Shown here: positions 36,201 to 46,923 of the stretch, piece by piece
Layout of the letters: each line of letters starts with the position of its first letter
Position numbering within the stretch: position 1 is the first letter of the stretch
From: an uncultured Planctomycetota bacterium
GTDB lineage: Bacteria > Planctomycetota > Planctomycetia > Isosphaerales > Isosphaeraceae
Reading direction: 5' to 3'
Length of the DNA stretch: 64,000 nt
Assembly (NCBI GenBank): GCA_963845755.1
Contig: CAWJTV010000031.1
Coordinates: forward strand, 256,001 to 320,000
Made by a program: the position numbers and the translations under genes
The notes under the pieces: model-generated
The model's database searches: none
What the model saw: the letters and a program-made list of their open reading frames with translations, nothing else
Told to the model about the DNA's origin: nothing

Positions 36201-38291
36201 TCGCGAGCCCAAACGAAACGGCTTCGTGCGTCACGAACCCGCGCTCGAGTCCACGGACGAAGCGATCCCGTCGTTATTCCACTCGAGGATAGCGTCAGAA
36301 CCCACCCTCCAGCCATGGACCTCCCGGATCGCTGGGAGCCGCCGGTGGCGGTGTCGGAAGTCGACGGCGCCATGCTCGCTTTTCAGGAGACGATGCGAGC
36401 GTTCCTGGAGATGCAGCGGGATGTGCTCGCGGCCCATCTGGATACCTCGGCGGCCGATGCCAATGACCAGGGCGGTCTTGAGCTCGGCCTCGGCACTATC
36501 CAGGATCCGAAGGACCTCGATCCCGGACCCTGGGTCGGCGAGGTGAGGCGGCTGATCCTCGGATCGGAGATTGAGGCCGTCTGCTTCCTCGACAGCCCTG
36601 GCGACCCAATCGCCCAGAATCACACGCTAGGCGGCCGCCGGGTCTCGGCTCTCGACCCGAACTTGAAAGGGTTGGCGGTCCTGCCATTCGCAGTGATGGC
36701 CGAGATGACCGCGCAAACCGCCGCGCTCGTCGTGTCGCCGGGCCTGGTCCTGACGAGGCTCGAGCAAGTGCGGGCGCACAAGTGGGTGCGGTACGAATCG
36801 GCCCCCGTCTGCCTTGAGCTCCGCGGTCATCGCGTCGAGTCCGAGGTTGATGAACGGATCAAGGTCGGCATCTTCAACCGCGGTACGGACGGCCGGGCCG
36901 AGTCCGCGCGGCCCGTGTTTGAGGCCGTCGCTGTTTTCGACGCGGCGTGCCCGGCGCCACCGCGAGCCGCGTTGTGGGCGCCGGAGAACACGCGTACCAG
37001 CCGGTTCACGGCCGAGTCCCTCTACGGCGAGCAGTGGCTGTTCCACGGCCCTGCGTTCCAGGCGCTGGTCCGTGTGGGCCGGCTTTCAGTCGAAGGGATC
37101 GATGGCGAGTTGCGTGTGCTGCCGTGGGAGCCTTTGCTCAGACCGGGCCAGCTTCCGCGGCTGCATACGGACCCCATCGTCATCGACAGTTTCACGCACC
37201 TGCTCGGCTGCTGGGGCCTCGACGAGCTGAGCGAGGGGGGCGACGTCGTATTCCCGCTCGGCATGGGACAACTCGAAATCTACGGAGATCGGCCGCCAGT
37301 CGGCACGGACGTGGCCTGCCGGATCGCCATCCGCGAGGTGCAACGGCACCTCGTCCGCGTGGACGCCGAGATTGTCCGTCCCGACGGCACGATCTGGATG
37401 CGGATCCGCGACTGGGAGGATTGGCGATTCCACTGGCCGGGCCGCTATCGTGACGTCTTCCGCCAACCGCAACAGATCTTCCTCGGCGAAGAACTGCCCC
37501 TGAGCGATCGCGGCTCCGGACCGATCCCCGGCGCCATCGCCGTGTGGTTGGAGCCTCCCGCCGACATGGGACGCCCCGTCTGGCGCGATGTCTTGGAGGA
37601 GACCCAGCTCGGCCCGGCCGAACGCGACGAGTACCTGGCACGCGGAGGCTCCGATCGCCTGCGGTCACACCGGCTGTGGGGCCGGATCGCCGCGAAGGAG
37701 GCCGCGCGACGAATCTGGCAGTCCGAGGGGCGGCCGCCGATGTATCCCGCGGACCTGGCGGTCGTCGATGATGAACGGGGCCGGGCCCGACTGACGCGCG
37801 TCGATCGGCCCGACGATTCCGCGATACCGGCCATCTCGATAGCCCACGCCGAAGGAGTCTCCGTCGCGATCGCCGTTCGCACTCCGGGAACCCAGGTCGG
37901 CATCGATGTCGTGACCATCGCCGACCGGCCCGAGGACTTCGAGTCCACCGCCTTCACGCCGGGAGAACGCGCCCTGCTGGATCAACGTCCGCCCCGAACC
38001 CGCGCCGAGTGGGTCGCGCGATTCTGTTGCGCCAGGCAAGCGGCTGTCAAGTCGATGTGCTTCGGCCAATCCGCGAGTCCCGCGACCGCGGTAATTGTGG
38101 ATCTCGACGAGAGCTCCGGAGTCTTGCTCGCCCGCGTCGATTCGTCCGGCGAAGACAATCGGATCTTGCGAAATCAAGTTGGAGACGACCGGTCGCCGAA
38201 CGATCAACTGGCGAATCCCCTGCGCGTCGTCACGGCCCGGCGGGACGATTACGCTTGGGCATGGACCCTGGGTGGAGGAACGGAACCGTGA
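33204..38291 (+). CDS. Type I PKS partner, KS(Cys->Ser)-AT-DH-PPTase-like; frameshifts ~35725 and ~36290
   Basis: ATGA overlap with PKS1; DAASASS, NAFGFAGIN; AT GHSSGE, AYHT; DH HTLG...LP and LFHGP.FQ; PPTase-like AAKEAAR, ISIAH, GIDV. Confidence 0.9.
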
Positions 38292-38567
38292 CAATTGCCC
38301 CCTCGAGAACCGACGTTTTGCGCGACATTGCCGCGATCCTCGCGAACAGCCTGGGGGTCCCGCCCTCGACGGCGATCGACGAGGACACCCGTTTCTTCGC
38401 CGACCTCGGTCTGGCGTCGATCGACGCGGTCGTGCTCAGCGAGGCGATCCAGTCCCATTATGGGCGGACCCTTCCCTTCAATGAGTTGATGGCGGAGATC
38501 GGTTGAACGCGCCGAACGCGACCTGACCATCGAGGAGCTCGTCACCTTCCTCACCAAGAATCTCTAG
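38288..38567 (+). CDS. Free-standing acyl carrier protein; 1-nt insertion ~38503
   Basis: DTRFFADLGLASIDAVVL; C-terminus ERDLTIEELVTFL in the shifted frame; GTGA overlap with PKS2. Confidence 0.85.
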
Positions 38568-38674
38568 GAAACTGGGTTCTTCAAGGCCAGGGAGGGATGC
38601 CGGCTCGGATTGAGCCGGGCCCTTCCGGTTATCGATCCTGTCGTGGCCAACAAGCTCGACGCGCCGGGGACCTC

Positions 38675-39535
38675 ATGATGCCCAAGATCCACGCGAACGG
38701 ACTGAACTTCCATTACCAGCAGGCAGGGACCGGTCCCGACGTGCTGTTGATCCACGGCGTCACCGGGGACATGTCGATCTGGTTCCTCTGCGAGGCGATG
38801 GGTACGCTCGCCCGCTCGTTCCGAGTGACGGGCTACGACCTCCGTGGCCACGGGTACAGCGAGGTGCCGTCGTCCGGATACACGTCGGCCGAGCAGGCGG
38901 GCGACACCCTGGCGATCATGGACGCGCTGGGGATCGAGCGGGCCATGCTGGTCGGCCATAGCTTCGGCGGTGTGATCGCGATGCATGCGGCCGTCCTCGA
39001 TCCGGACCGGATCGAAGCCGTGGTGCTCTCCGACCCGTGCTTCCCGGCGTTGCGGCATCTCGAAGATCTGAGTCGCTGGGGCCACTGGCAGAACTTCCGG
39101 GAGGAGGCCGCCGCGGCGGGCGTGACGCTCTCGGATGAATACTGGTACGACCTCGGCAAGTTCTTCGACCAGGTCCTCCACCTCGACGGCGAGCGGTTGC
39201 TCCGGTTCCGCCAGGCCGTCGGCCTGCCGGGTTTCAATCGCCTCCTGCGCCTGGCCGAGACCACCTGCGGCAATGATGCCAAGGTCCCCGCCGGATTGAC
39301 CGAAGACCTCATCCGCGGCGTGACCCAACCGGTCCTCGCCCTCTTCGGGGAGCACTCGCCGTTCCTGGCAACCGCGGACTATCTCGACGAGAACCTGCCG
39401 CACTGTGTCAACGTCCGTGTGCCGGGTGCCAAGCACCGAGCACCCGAGGAGAACTCCGGGCAGTTCGTCGAGCAAGTATACGAGTTCCTGACGACGGTCC
39501 GGCCGTCGGCCGAGATGGTGAGGCCGTCACGATGA
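38675..39535 (+). CDS. Alpha/beta hydrolase (possible thioesterase)
   Basis: LIHG, YDLRGHG, GHSFGG nucleophile elbow, C-terminal His. Confidence 0.9.
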   Translation: MMPKIHANGLNFHYQQAGTGPDVLLIHGVTGDMSIWFLCEAMGTLARSFRVTGYDLRGHGYSEVPSSGYTSAEQAGDTLAIMDALGIERAMLVGHSFGGVIAMHAAVLDPDRIEAVVLSDPCFPALRHLEDLSRWGHWQNFREEAAAAGVTLSDEYWYDLGKFFDQVLHLDGERLLRFRQAVGLPGFNRLLRLAETTCGNDAKVPAGLTEDLIRGVTQPVLALFGEHSPFLATADYLDENLPHCVNVRVPGAKHRAPEENSGQFVEQVYEFLTTVRPSAEMVRPSR

Positions 39536-40315
39536 ACGCCAAACCGACGGTTCTCCTCACCGGGGCCGCTCACGGGATCGGCCGTGCGACCGCGTTTGCC
39601 CTGGCGCAGGAGGGGGCTGCCCCTCGGCCTCATCGACTGGGACGGAGTTGCCTTGGCCGTCGTCACCGAGGAACTGGAAACGCAGGGGGCGACCGTCTCC
39701 TCGGCCGTGGCGGACGTGACCGATCGCGAGGCCCTCCATCGAGCGGTCGCCTCCATCGCGGAACGGATCGGTCCGATCGAGGTCCTGCTCGCCTGCGCAG
39801 GGATCGGCACCCTCACCCTGGTCCCTGATCTCGACACGTCCATGCTCCGCCGTACGCTCGAGGTGAACCTCGTGGGCGTGGCCCATTCCATCGAGGCCGT
39901 CTTGCCCGGGATGATCGCGGCGAAACGCGGTCATCTCATCGGTGTGGCGAGCGTGGCGGGCTATCGCGGTTTCCCCTGGATGATCTCCTACTCCGCGTCC
40001 AAGGCTGCCTTGATCACCTACCTCGAGGCGCTGCGGCCCGGACTCAGCCGTCGCGGCGTCACCGTGACCACGGTCTGCCCGGGATTCGTCCGGACCCAAT
40101 TGAGCACGTCGGTCCCCTATCAACGACCGGTCAAGATGATCGAACCCGAGGAGGCGGCCCGACATCTGGTCCGCGCGGTCGAGCGTCGCCCGCGAAACTG
40201 CGTTTTCCCCTGGGACATGCGGATCAGCCTGGCTATCCTGAAGTACCTGCCCGATCCGCTCTTTGACGGCTTGATGCGCTGGGTCGGACCACGGGCCCTC
40301 CACGTCGAATTCTAA
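39532..40315 (+). CDS. SDR oxidoreductase; frameshift ~39615
   Basis: TGAAHGIG, YSASK, CPGFV. Confidence 0.9.
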
Positions 40316-40331
40316 AAGGGGGACGGTCGTC

Positions 40332-41176
40332 ATGACGATGAGACTGCCACCCCGCGATTCGACGGCGCCCCCGGCATCGATCCCGGAGCTGGCACACTGC
40401 CTCGATTGCGGCGCACGGATCGAGGGCGAAGCGAGTTGCCCCGGTTGTGGGCGCACTTATCCCTTTCGAGACGGGATCCTCGAATCGATCGGGCCCCTGA
40501 CGGGCCGCAATCGCATCGTGGCGGCGTTCTACGACGGCCCGGGCTGGCGACGCTTCCACGCCTGGGAACACGCCTTCCTGCTCCTTCAAGGTGGGGCACG
40601 CAAGGCTCGCATGGAGATCCTCCGCCACATCCTGGCCGGCGCCTCCGTACGTCCCGGCGCGACGGTCCTCGAGGTCGGGATCGGCGACGGGGCGAACCTG
40701 GCCTTCGTGCCGCCGGGATGGACCGTCTACGGGGTTGACATCGCGCGCCGCCAGCTTGCCGCGACCCTGGACAACCATCCGGCGATGGCCGGGCGCCTCG
40801 CCTGGGCCGAGGCCGAGGACCTGCCCTTCGACGACGCGACGTTCGACGCGTGTTGGTCGATCGGCGGCTTCACCTATTATCGCGATCATGAGGCGGCCCT
40901 GCGCGAGATGCGACGGGTGACCCGGCCCGGCGACCCGGTCGTCGTCGCCGATGAGATCCCCGGCCTCCACCGCGCCGGACTGGGCCATCTCCTGGGTGTC
41001 CCCTCATTCGACGCCTGGTGGCTGCGGTTGTTAGGACTCGACCGCGATTTCGTGGACATGATCCTGAAACTTGACGTCAACCTCCGGGAGCTTACGGGCG
41101 CGTCTGGCCCGACGCCGCTCGACACCCAATCTGGCACGGGTTGGGCTACTGTCTCGTCAACAGGTCGCTTTCCTAG
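40332..41176 (+). CDS. Class I SAM methyltransferase with N-terminal Cys4 Zn ribbon; frameshift ~41098
   Basis: CLDC..CPGC; LEVGIGDG; LPFDDATFD; the shifted-frame C-terminus IWHGLGYCLV matches the paralog's VWRGVGYVLV. Confidence 0.88.
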
Positions 41177-41295
41177 CACGATCCTCGGCCGCGATCTGTA
41201 GAGAGATTCGAGATTCCGAATTCAAGATTCAAGATCCAAAAATCTAAAATTTTCTTAAATTTGGAATCTCGAATCTCGAATCCGGAATCTTGAAT
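41172..41295 (+). repeat. Degenerate copy of the composite palindromic element, with an inverted heptamer array (GATTCNN / NNGAATC)
   Basis: cctagcacgatcctcggccgc matches cctaacgcggccttcggccgc at 16/21 (all mismatches are transitions), followed by heptamer arrays. Confidence 0.75.
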
Positions 41296-41352
41296 TGACT
41301 GTGACAAGAACCGACTCCGGAAACACATGAGTCGAACCAGCGGAGGTCAGTG

Positions 41353-42235
41353 ATGTCGATCACGAGCCCGGCGCAAGGCGAGACGTTCGATCGAGACGTG
41401 AATGGAGACGTCTGGCGGAATGCGGAGTCGCGGGATGTCTGGCGATGCCCGACGTGCCGGGGCCCGCTCAAGTACGAGTCGTCGAACTCCAGCTCTGACT
41501 TGTTCGGAATGCAGTGCACGGCTGCCGATCGACGGCGGGATCCTGATTGCCAGGGAGCAGACCACGAGCAATAACCACGTCGCGCAGGAGTTCTACGACA
41601 GCCCCCTCTGGCCCAAGTTTCGGTTCTGGGAGAAGTTCACGTGGTTCTGCAATGGGGGCGAGCGACGGGCCCGCAACCAGGTGCTTCGCCACCTGCCCCA
41701 GGTCCCGGAATTGGACCTGATCGACGTGGCGATCGGCGACGGGGTCTATCTCGACTGGCTGCCCGCGGACTGGAGGATCGCGGGGGTGGACATCTCGCGG
41801 TCGCAGCTCGACGTCTGTCGCACACGCGCGGCGGGACGCAGGCTCTGGCTGGCCCAGTGCGAGGCCGAGGCCCTGCCGCTGGCCGATCGTCGGTTCGACG
41901 CCGTCCTCAGCATCGGCGCGTTCAACTACTTCAACGATCCCGAGGGGGCCTTGCGCGAGATGGTGCGCGTGGCCCGTCCCGGTGCACCGATCGTGATCTC
42001 GGATGAGATGCCCAACCTGACCGATCGGATGCTCGGCCACAAGCTGGGCATCCCCGGGCTCGACCGCTGGATCGTCTCGCGACTGATGCACCTCGGCGAT
42101 TCCTTCACCGAGATGGTCGAGCAGTACCGGGACCTCGATATCCTGTCGATCGCGCGGCGCGTACTGCCCGATCCCCAGTTTATCCCGGTCTGGCGCGGCG
42201 TCGGTTATGTCCTCGTCGGACGTGCCCCGGCGTAA
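41353..42235 (+). CDS. Paralogous SAM methyltransferase with Zn ribbon; frameshift ~41490
   Basis: GGAGG RBS; CPTC then CSEC; DVAIGDG; ALREMVRVARPG. Confidence 0.88.
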
Positions 42236-42348
42236 CGCCGAAGCGACGTTTCGTACGCTTGCGTCGCTGGGGCGCTTCGGCGACATTGGGAGGGGACCCA
42301 TCGAGCCCGCCTGCTTCGCGATGGGACCTGCTATGCGGGGATCGATTC

Positions 42349-43473
42349 GTGCGATTCGTCTTCCTGATCATCAAGAACATCCTGAACCGACCCGTTCGGA
42401 CGGGCCTCACGACGCTGGGCCTCTCGATCGCCATGGCGGCCGTGATCATTCTGGTCGGGATCTCCTGGAACTTTCGGCGCTCGTTCCTGGCGATTTACCA
42501 GTCCAAGAAGATCGACCTGATCGTCGTCCACGCGGGGAGCAGCAACCAGCTTTCCAGCAGCCTGGACGTCCATCTCGCCGAGAAGCTGAAGCAGATCGAC
42601 GGCGTGGCCGACGTCGCCCCCTCCTTGATGGACACCGTGGCGTTCGAGGAGCAGAACCTGGCGAGCGTGCTGGTCAACGGCTGGGAGCCGGACAGCCTGC
42701 TGTTCCGGGGCATCCGCATCCTCGATGGCCGGCCGCTCCGGGCGGGTGACCGGCAGGCGGCCCTGATTGGACGCGTCCTGGGGATGAACCTGGGCAAGAA
42801 GGTCGGCGAGAAACTCAGCGTGTCGGGTGAGACGTTCGAGATCGTGGGAAGCTTCGAGAGCGACAGCCTGTTCGAGAACGGTGCGGTGATCATCCCGCTG
42901 GAGACTCTCCAGAAGATGATGGGCCGCGAGGGGCAGGTCACCGGGTTCGTGATCACCGCCAGGTCGTCGGACCGTGCGTCGGTCGATTCGCTCAGGAAGC
43001 GCATCGAGGCGGCGATCTCCGGCGTCGCGGCGTCCCCCGCCCGCGACTATGTCGCCGCCGACACCCAGATCCGGCTGGCCAGCGCGATGTCGTGGACGAC
43101 GGGCGCGGTCGCCTTGATCCTCGGGGCCGTCGGGATGCTCAACACGATGCTCATGTCCGTCTTCGAACGCACGCGAGAGATCGGCATCTTGCGGGCCGTC
43201 GGTTGGCGTCGGCGTCGCGTGCTGGCCCTCGTGCTTGGCGAGGCCCTGCTCATCGCCCTGGCGGGGACGGCCGTCGGCTCCGTGCTGGCCGTCGTCGGAC
43301 TGCGTGTCCTGACTCTCTACCCCACGGCGCGGGGCTTCATCGAACCGACCGTGCCCCCCGAAGTGCTCGGCGTCGCCCTGCTCATGGGCGTCGGGCTTAG
43401 TCTGCTCGGCGGCCTTTATCCGGCGGCTCGTGCGGCCGCGCTCGACCCGACCGAGGCCCTCCGCTATGAATGA
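42349..43473 (+). CDS. ABC transporter permease (MacB/FtsX-type)
   Basis: RTGLTTLGL, SVFERTREIGILRAVGW, PAARAAALDPTEALRYE. Confidence 0.93.
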   Translation: MRFVFLIIKNILNRPVRTGLTTLGLSIAMAAVIILVGISWNFRRSFLAIYQSKKIDLIVVHAGSSNQLSSSLDVHLAEKLKQIDGVADVAPSLMDTVAFEEQNLASVLVNGWEPDSLLFRGIRILDGRPLRAGDRQAALIGRVLGMNLGKKVGEKLSVSGETFEIVGSFESDSLFENGAVIIPLETLQKMMGREGQVTGFVITARSSDRASVDSLRKRIEAAISGVAASPARDYVAADTQIRLASAMSWTTGAVALILGAVGMLNTMLMSVFERTREIGILRAVGWRRRRVLALVLGEALLIALAGTAVGSVLAVVGLRVLTLYPTARGFIEPTVPPEVLGVALLMGVGLSLLGGLYPAARAAALDPTEALRYE

Positions 43474-44200
43474 CCGCAATCCCGATGCTCCGGGTCCCAG
43501 CTCGACTCGCGAACCGGCGTTGCTGCGGGGCGATGAGTTGGCCAAGCATTATCCGGACGGCGACGTCGCGGCGCTGCGGGGCGTCTCCTTGGAAATCGTC
43601 CCGGGCGAGTTCCTGGCGATCACGGGGCCCAGCGGATGTGGCAAGAGCACGCTCTTGCACTTGCTGGGGGGGCTCGATCGACCGACGACGGGCGAGGTCT
43701 ACTACCGGGGTCAGCCCCTGGCCCGGATGGACCTGGACGCGTACCACGCACGGGAGATCGGTTTCGTCTTCCAGTCGTTCTATCTCATGCCTACGCTGAC
43801 GGCGATCGAGAACGTGCAGATCCCCATGTTCGAGGGTCCCTGGCCGCGCCGCGACCGATTGCGGCGCGCCGATGAGCTGCTCGGCGAAGTCGGACTCTCT
43901 CACCGCCGGGACCAGCGGCCCGGACGGCTGTCGGTCGGCGAGCGCCAGCGCGTCGCCATCGCGCGCGCCCTGGCCAACGATCCCACGCTGCTCCTCGCCG
44001 ACGAACCGACCGGCAACCTCGACAGCAAGAGCCAGGACGAGATTCTCCGACTGCTCGACCAGCTCCGCCAGAAGCGAGAGCTCACGATGGTAATCGTGAC
44101 GCACAGCCATGAGGTCGCGCAGGCCGCGGATCGCCGGATCGCCATGAAGGATGGGCGGATCGTGCTCAACCCGGATACGCATGGAGGGGAAACTGGCTGA
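43466..44200 (+). CDS. ABC transporter ATP-binding protein (LolD/MacB-type)
   Basis: GPSGCGKST, LSVGERQRVAIARAL, LLADEPTGNLD, VTH. Confidence 0.95.
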   Translation: MNDRNPDAPGPSSTREPALLRGDELAKHYPDGDVAALRGVSLEIVPGEFLAITGPSGCGKSTLLHLLGGLDRPTTGEVYYRGQPLARMDLDAYHAREIGFVFQSFYLMPTLTAIENVQIPMFEGPWPRRDRLRRADELLGEVGLSHRRDQRPGRLSVGERQRVAIARALANDPTLLLADEPTGNLDSKSQDEILRLLDQLRQKRELTMVIVTHSHEVAQAADRRIAMKDGRIVLNPDTHGGETG

Positions 44201-44252
44201 CACACCCTTCGTGAAGAGGAACGCCAGGTTCGCATCCCAAAGCCCCAGAACC

Positions 44253-46451
44253 TCAAGGACCCATTCTCCCGGAATCCTGTAGAGGAAGAAACGTCTTCGA
44301 TTGGGCCGGTATGAGGTCGAGCAGCTCCGGGGATTCCGGAATGAACCAGCCCGATGTCCTCGAGAGCAGCTCCCCCGCGGCCTCACCGGTCAAGGGGCGC
44401 GAGAACAAGTAGCCCTGTCCATACTGACAACCGAGGTTGCGGAGATGTTCGAGCTGATAGTCGGTCTCGATCCCTTCCGCCACGACCTCGAGCCCTAGAC
44501 CCTGCGCCAAGGCCACGATCGTTCGAGCAATCTCCGCGTTCTCGCCGTTGGGACCCATCCGAGAAATGAACGACCGGTCGATCTTCAGCACATTGCACGG
44601 GAACTGGTGGAGGTAACTCAGCGACGAATAGCCCTTGCCGAAATCGTCGATGGCCAGCCGGATTCCCAGCGACTTGAGACGGAACAGGGCGGCCAGTGAG
44701 GTCTCCACCTGTTCCATGATCGCGCTCTCGGTGATCTCCAGTCTGAGACAGCGGGCGTCGAGGCCGGTTTCCAGCAGAATGCGCTCGATCTGGTAGACCA
44801 GGTCAGTCTGGAAGAACTGGCGACAGGAAAGGTTGACGCTCATCGACAACGGCGGGCTCATCCAGTAGGTCAACTGCCAGCGACGGAGCTGTTCGGCGGC
44901 CTCGCGCAGGACCCAGAGGCCCAGGGGAAGGATCAGCCGGGTCTCCTCGGCGACCGGGATGAATACTTCGGGAGAGACCATCCCTCTCTCGGGGTTATTC
45001 CATCGCACCAGGGCCTCGAAGCAAGCGATTCTCCCCGTCTGGAGCGAAACGATCGGCTGGAACCGGAGCTCAAATTCCTGGCGGATCGTGGCCTGACGGA
45101 GATCGGCTTCAAGCTTCAAACGGCTCATGGCGCTGGTGTGCATGGACTCATCGAAGACCACGTAACCGGCCTTCCCTCGCGCCTTGGCCTGATACATCGC
45201 GATGTCGGCATCGCGGAGCAGGGTCTCGGCGGAGTTTGAGCCGAGGCTGCTGAAGGCGATCCCAATACTGGCAGCCGTGACCAGCTCGTGCCCGTTCACC
45301 TCGAAAGGCCTCTGTAATTCGTCGAGAGCGCGGCCCGCCAGTTCGAGAGCGTGCTTGGGGTGCTCGATCTCTTCGAGCAGGATGACGAACTCGTCACCGC
45401 CCAGCCGGGCGATGGTATCACCTCGGCGGAGAAATCTCTCCAACCTCCGACTGAGGGCGATCAGGAGTTGATCGCCGGTCTGGTGGCCCAGGCTGTCGTT
45501 AACGACTTTGAAACCATCGAGATCCAGAAAGAGGACGGCGAACTGGCCTTCGGATCGCCTCTGCATCCGTACGATCAACTGCTCGAGTCGGTCGATGAGC
45601 AAGGCGCGGTTGGGCAAGCCGGTCAAGGCGTCGTGGAACGCGTCGTGCAGGAGCCGGTCCTCGGCCGCCTTGCGCTGCGTGATATCACTCTGCGATCCCG
45701 CGACCCGAACAGCACGTCCCTGGGCGTCACGCACGGCGAGGCCGCGTGTCAGGACCCAACGGTACGTGCCGTCATCGTGGAGCATGCGGTGTTCGGTCTG
45801 GAGCTGGGACGTGCGACTCAAGAAATGCTCGTCGACTTCCGCACGCACGCGGTCGATGTCCAGGGGATGAACGCGATTGAACCATTCACTCGGACACTCG
45901 CCGATGGCCTCGACAGTATGACCTAGCATCGATTTCCAGCGTGGACTGTAATAGATCCTGTTGGTCGTGAGGTCCCAGTCCCAGAGGCCGTCGTTTGCCC
46001 CTTGGGCCGCCAGGGCGTAGCGTTCTTCGCTGAGTCGAAGGGCCTCGAGGGTCTGCTGCCGCTCGACGGCGTATCCGATCGCGTAGCGGATCGACCGCTC
46101 GAGCAGTCGTCCGTCAAACTGACCCTTGACCAGGTAATCGGCGGCTCCGGCCTTCATCACCTCGACGTCGATGTCGCGATCGTCGTTGCCGGTCAGCAGG
46201 ATGATTGGCGTACGACAGCCGCGGGCGATCATCTCGCGGAGGAGGTCGAGTCCGGTCTGCTCACCGAGATGGTAATCCAGCAAGCAGACCTCGAAGCTGT
46301 CATCGGCCAGCGCGAGCCGTGATGATTCGAGATCGGGCACCCATTTCAATTCGAATTGATCCCGGTACACTTCCTGAAGAATCCCGCGCGTGAGGATGAA
46401 GTCGTCCTCATCGTCGTCAACGAGGAGGATCTTCAGGCCTCCGACGCTCAT
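44253..46451 (-). CDS. REC-PAS-GGDEF-EAL c-di-GMP enzyme
   Basis: REC (LLVDDD, LLDY); PAS (DGLWDWD); RRGD I-site plus GGDEF; FEALVRW; DDFGKGYSSL. Confidence 0.95.
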   Translation of the reverse strand: MSVGGLKILLVDDDEDDFILTRGILQEVYRDQFELKWVPDLESSRLALADDSFEVCLLDYHLGEQTGLDLLREMIARGCRTPIILLTGNDDRDIDVEVMKAGAADYLVKGQFDGRLLERSIRYAIGYAVERQQTLEALRLSEERYALAAQGANDGLWDWDLTTNRIYYSPRWKSMLGHTVEAIGECPSEWFNRVHPLDIDRVRAEVDEHFLSRTSQLQTEHRMLHDDGTYRWVLTRGLAVRDAQGRAVRVAGSQSDITQRKAAEDRLLHDAFHDALTGLPNRALLIDRLEQLIVRMQRRSEGQFAVLFLDLDGFKVVNDSLGHQTGDQLLIALSRRLERFLRRGDTIARLGGDEFVILLEEIEHPKHALELAGRALDELQRPFEVNGHELVTAASIGIAFSSLGSNSAETLLRDADIAMYQAKARGKAGYVVFDESMHTSAMSRLKLEADLRQATIRQEFELRFQPIVSLQTGRIACFEALVRWNNPERGMVSPEVFIPVAEETRLILPLGLWVLREAAEQLRRWQLTYWMSPPLSMSVNLSCRQFFQTDLVYQIERILLETGLDARCLRLEITESAIMEQVETSLAALFRLKSLGIRLAIDDFGKGYSSLSYLHQFPCNVLKIDRSFISRMGPNGENAEIARTIVALAQGLGLEVVAEGIETDYQLEHLRNLGCQYGQGYLFSRPLTGEAAGELLSRTSGWFIPESPELLDLIPAQSKTFLPLQDSGRMGP

Positions 46452-46923
46452 GCTTTCGCCTCCGATGAGCGGGTATGGTCCGGCAACTCCACGATATCGA
46501 TCCAGTACCGCCCGATCGCCTTCATGACTTCGACGAGACCGTCGAAGCTCACCGGCTTGGTAACGTAAGAGCTGACACCGAGGTCGTAGGTCCGATAGAT
46601 GTCCTCCTCGGCCTTCGACGTCGTCATCACGACAATGGGAGTCCGCCGCAAGACAGGGTCGGCCTTGATCTCGCGGAGGGCCTCCCGTCCGTCCATCTTG
46701 GGCATGTTCAGGTCGAGCAGGATCAGGCCGGGCGCGGGGATGCCTTGGGATCCGCGTAGCGTCCCTGGCGGCGCAGGTAGGCCAGCAGCTCGACCCCGTC
46801 CTCGACGAAGTGTACCGCGTTGGCCAACCGGCATTCCTCGAGAGCCTCCCTGGCCATCATTCGATCGTCGGCGTCATCATCGGCGATCAGGATCGTGATC
46901 GAATTAATTCTTGATTCCACCAT
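46448..46923 (-). CDS. Single-domain response regulator (Rcp1-like); frameshift ~46730
   Basis: ILIADDDADD, LILLDLNMPKMDGRE, TTSKAEEDI, YVTKPV. Confidence 0.9.
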
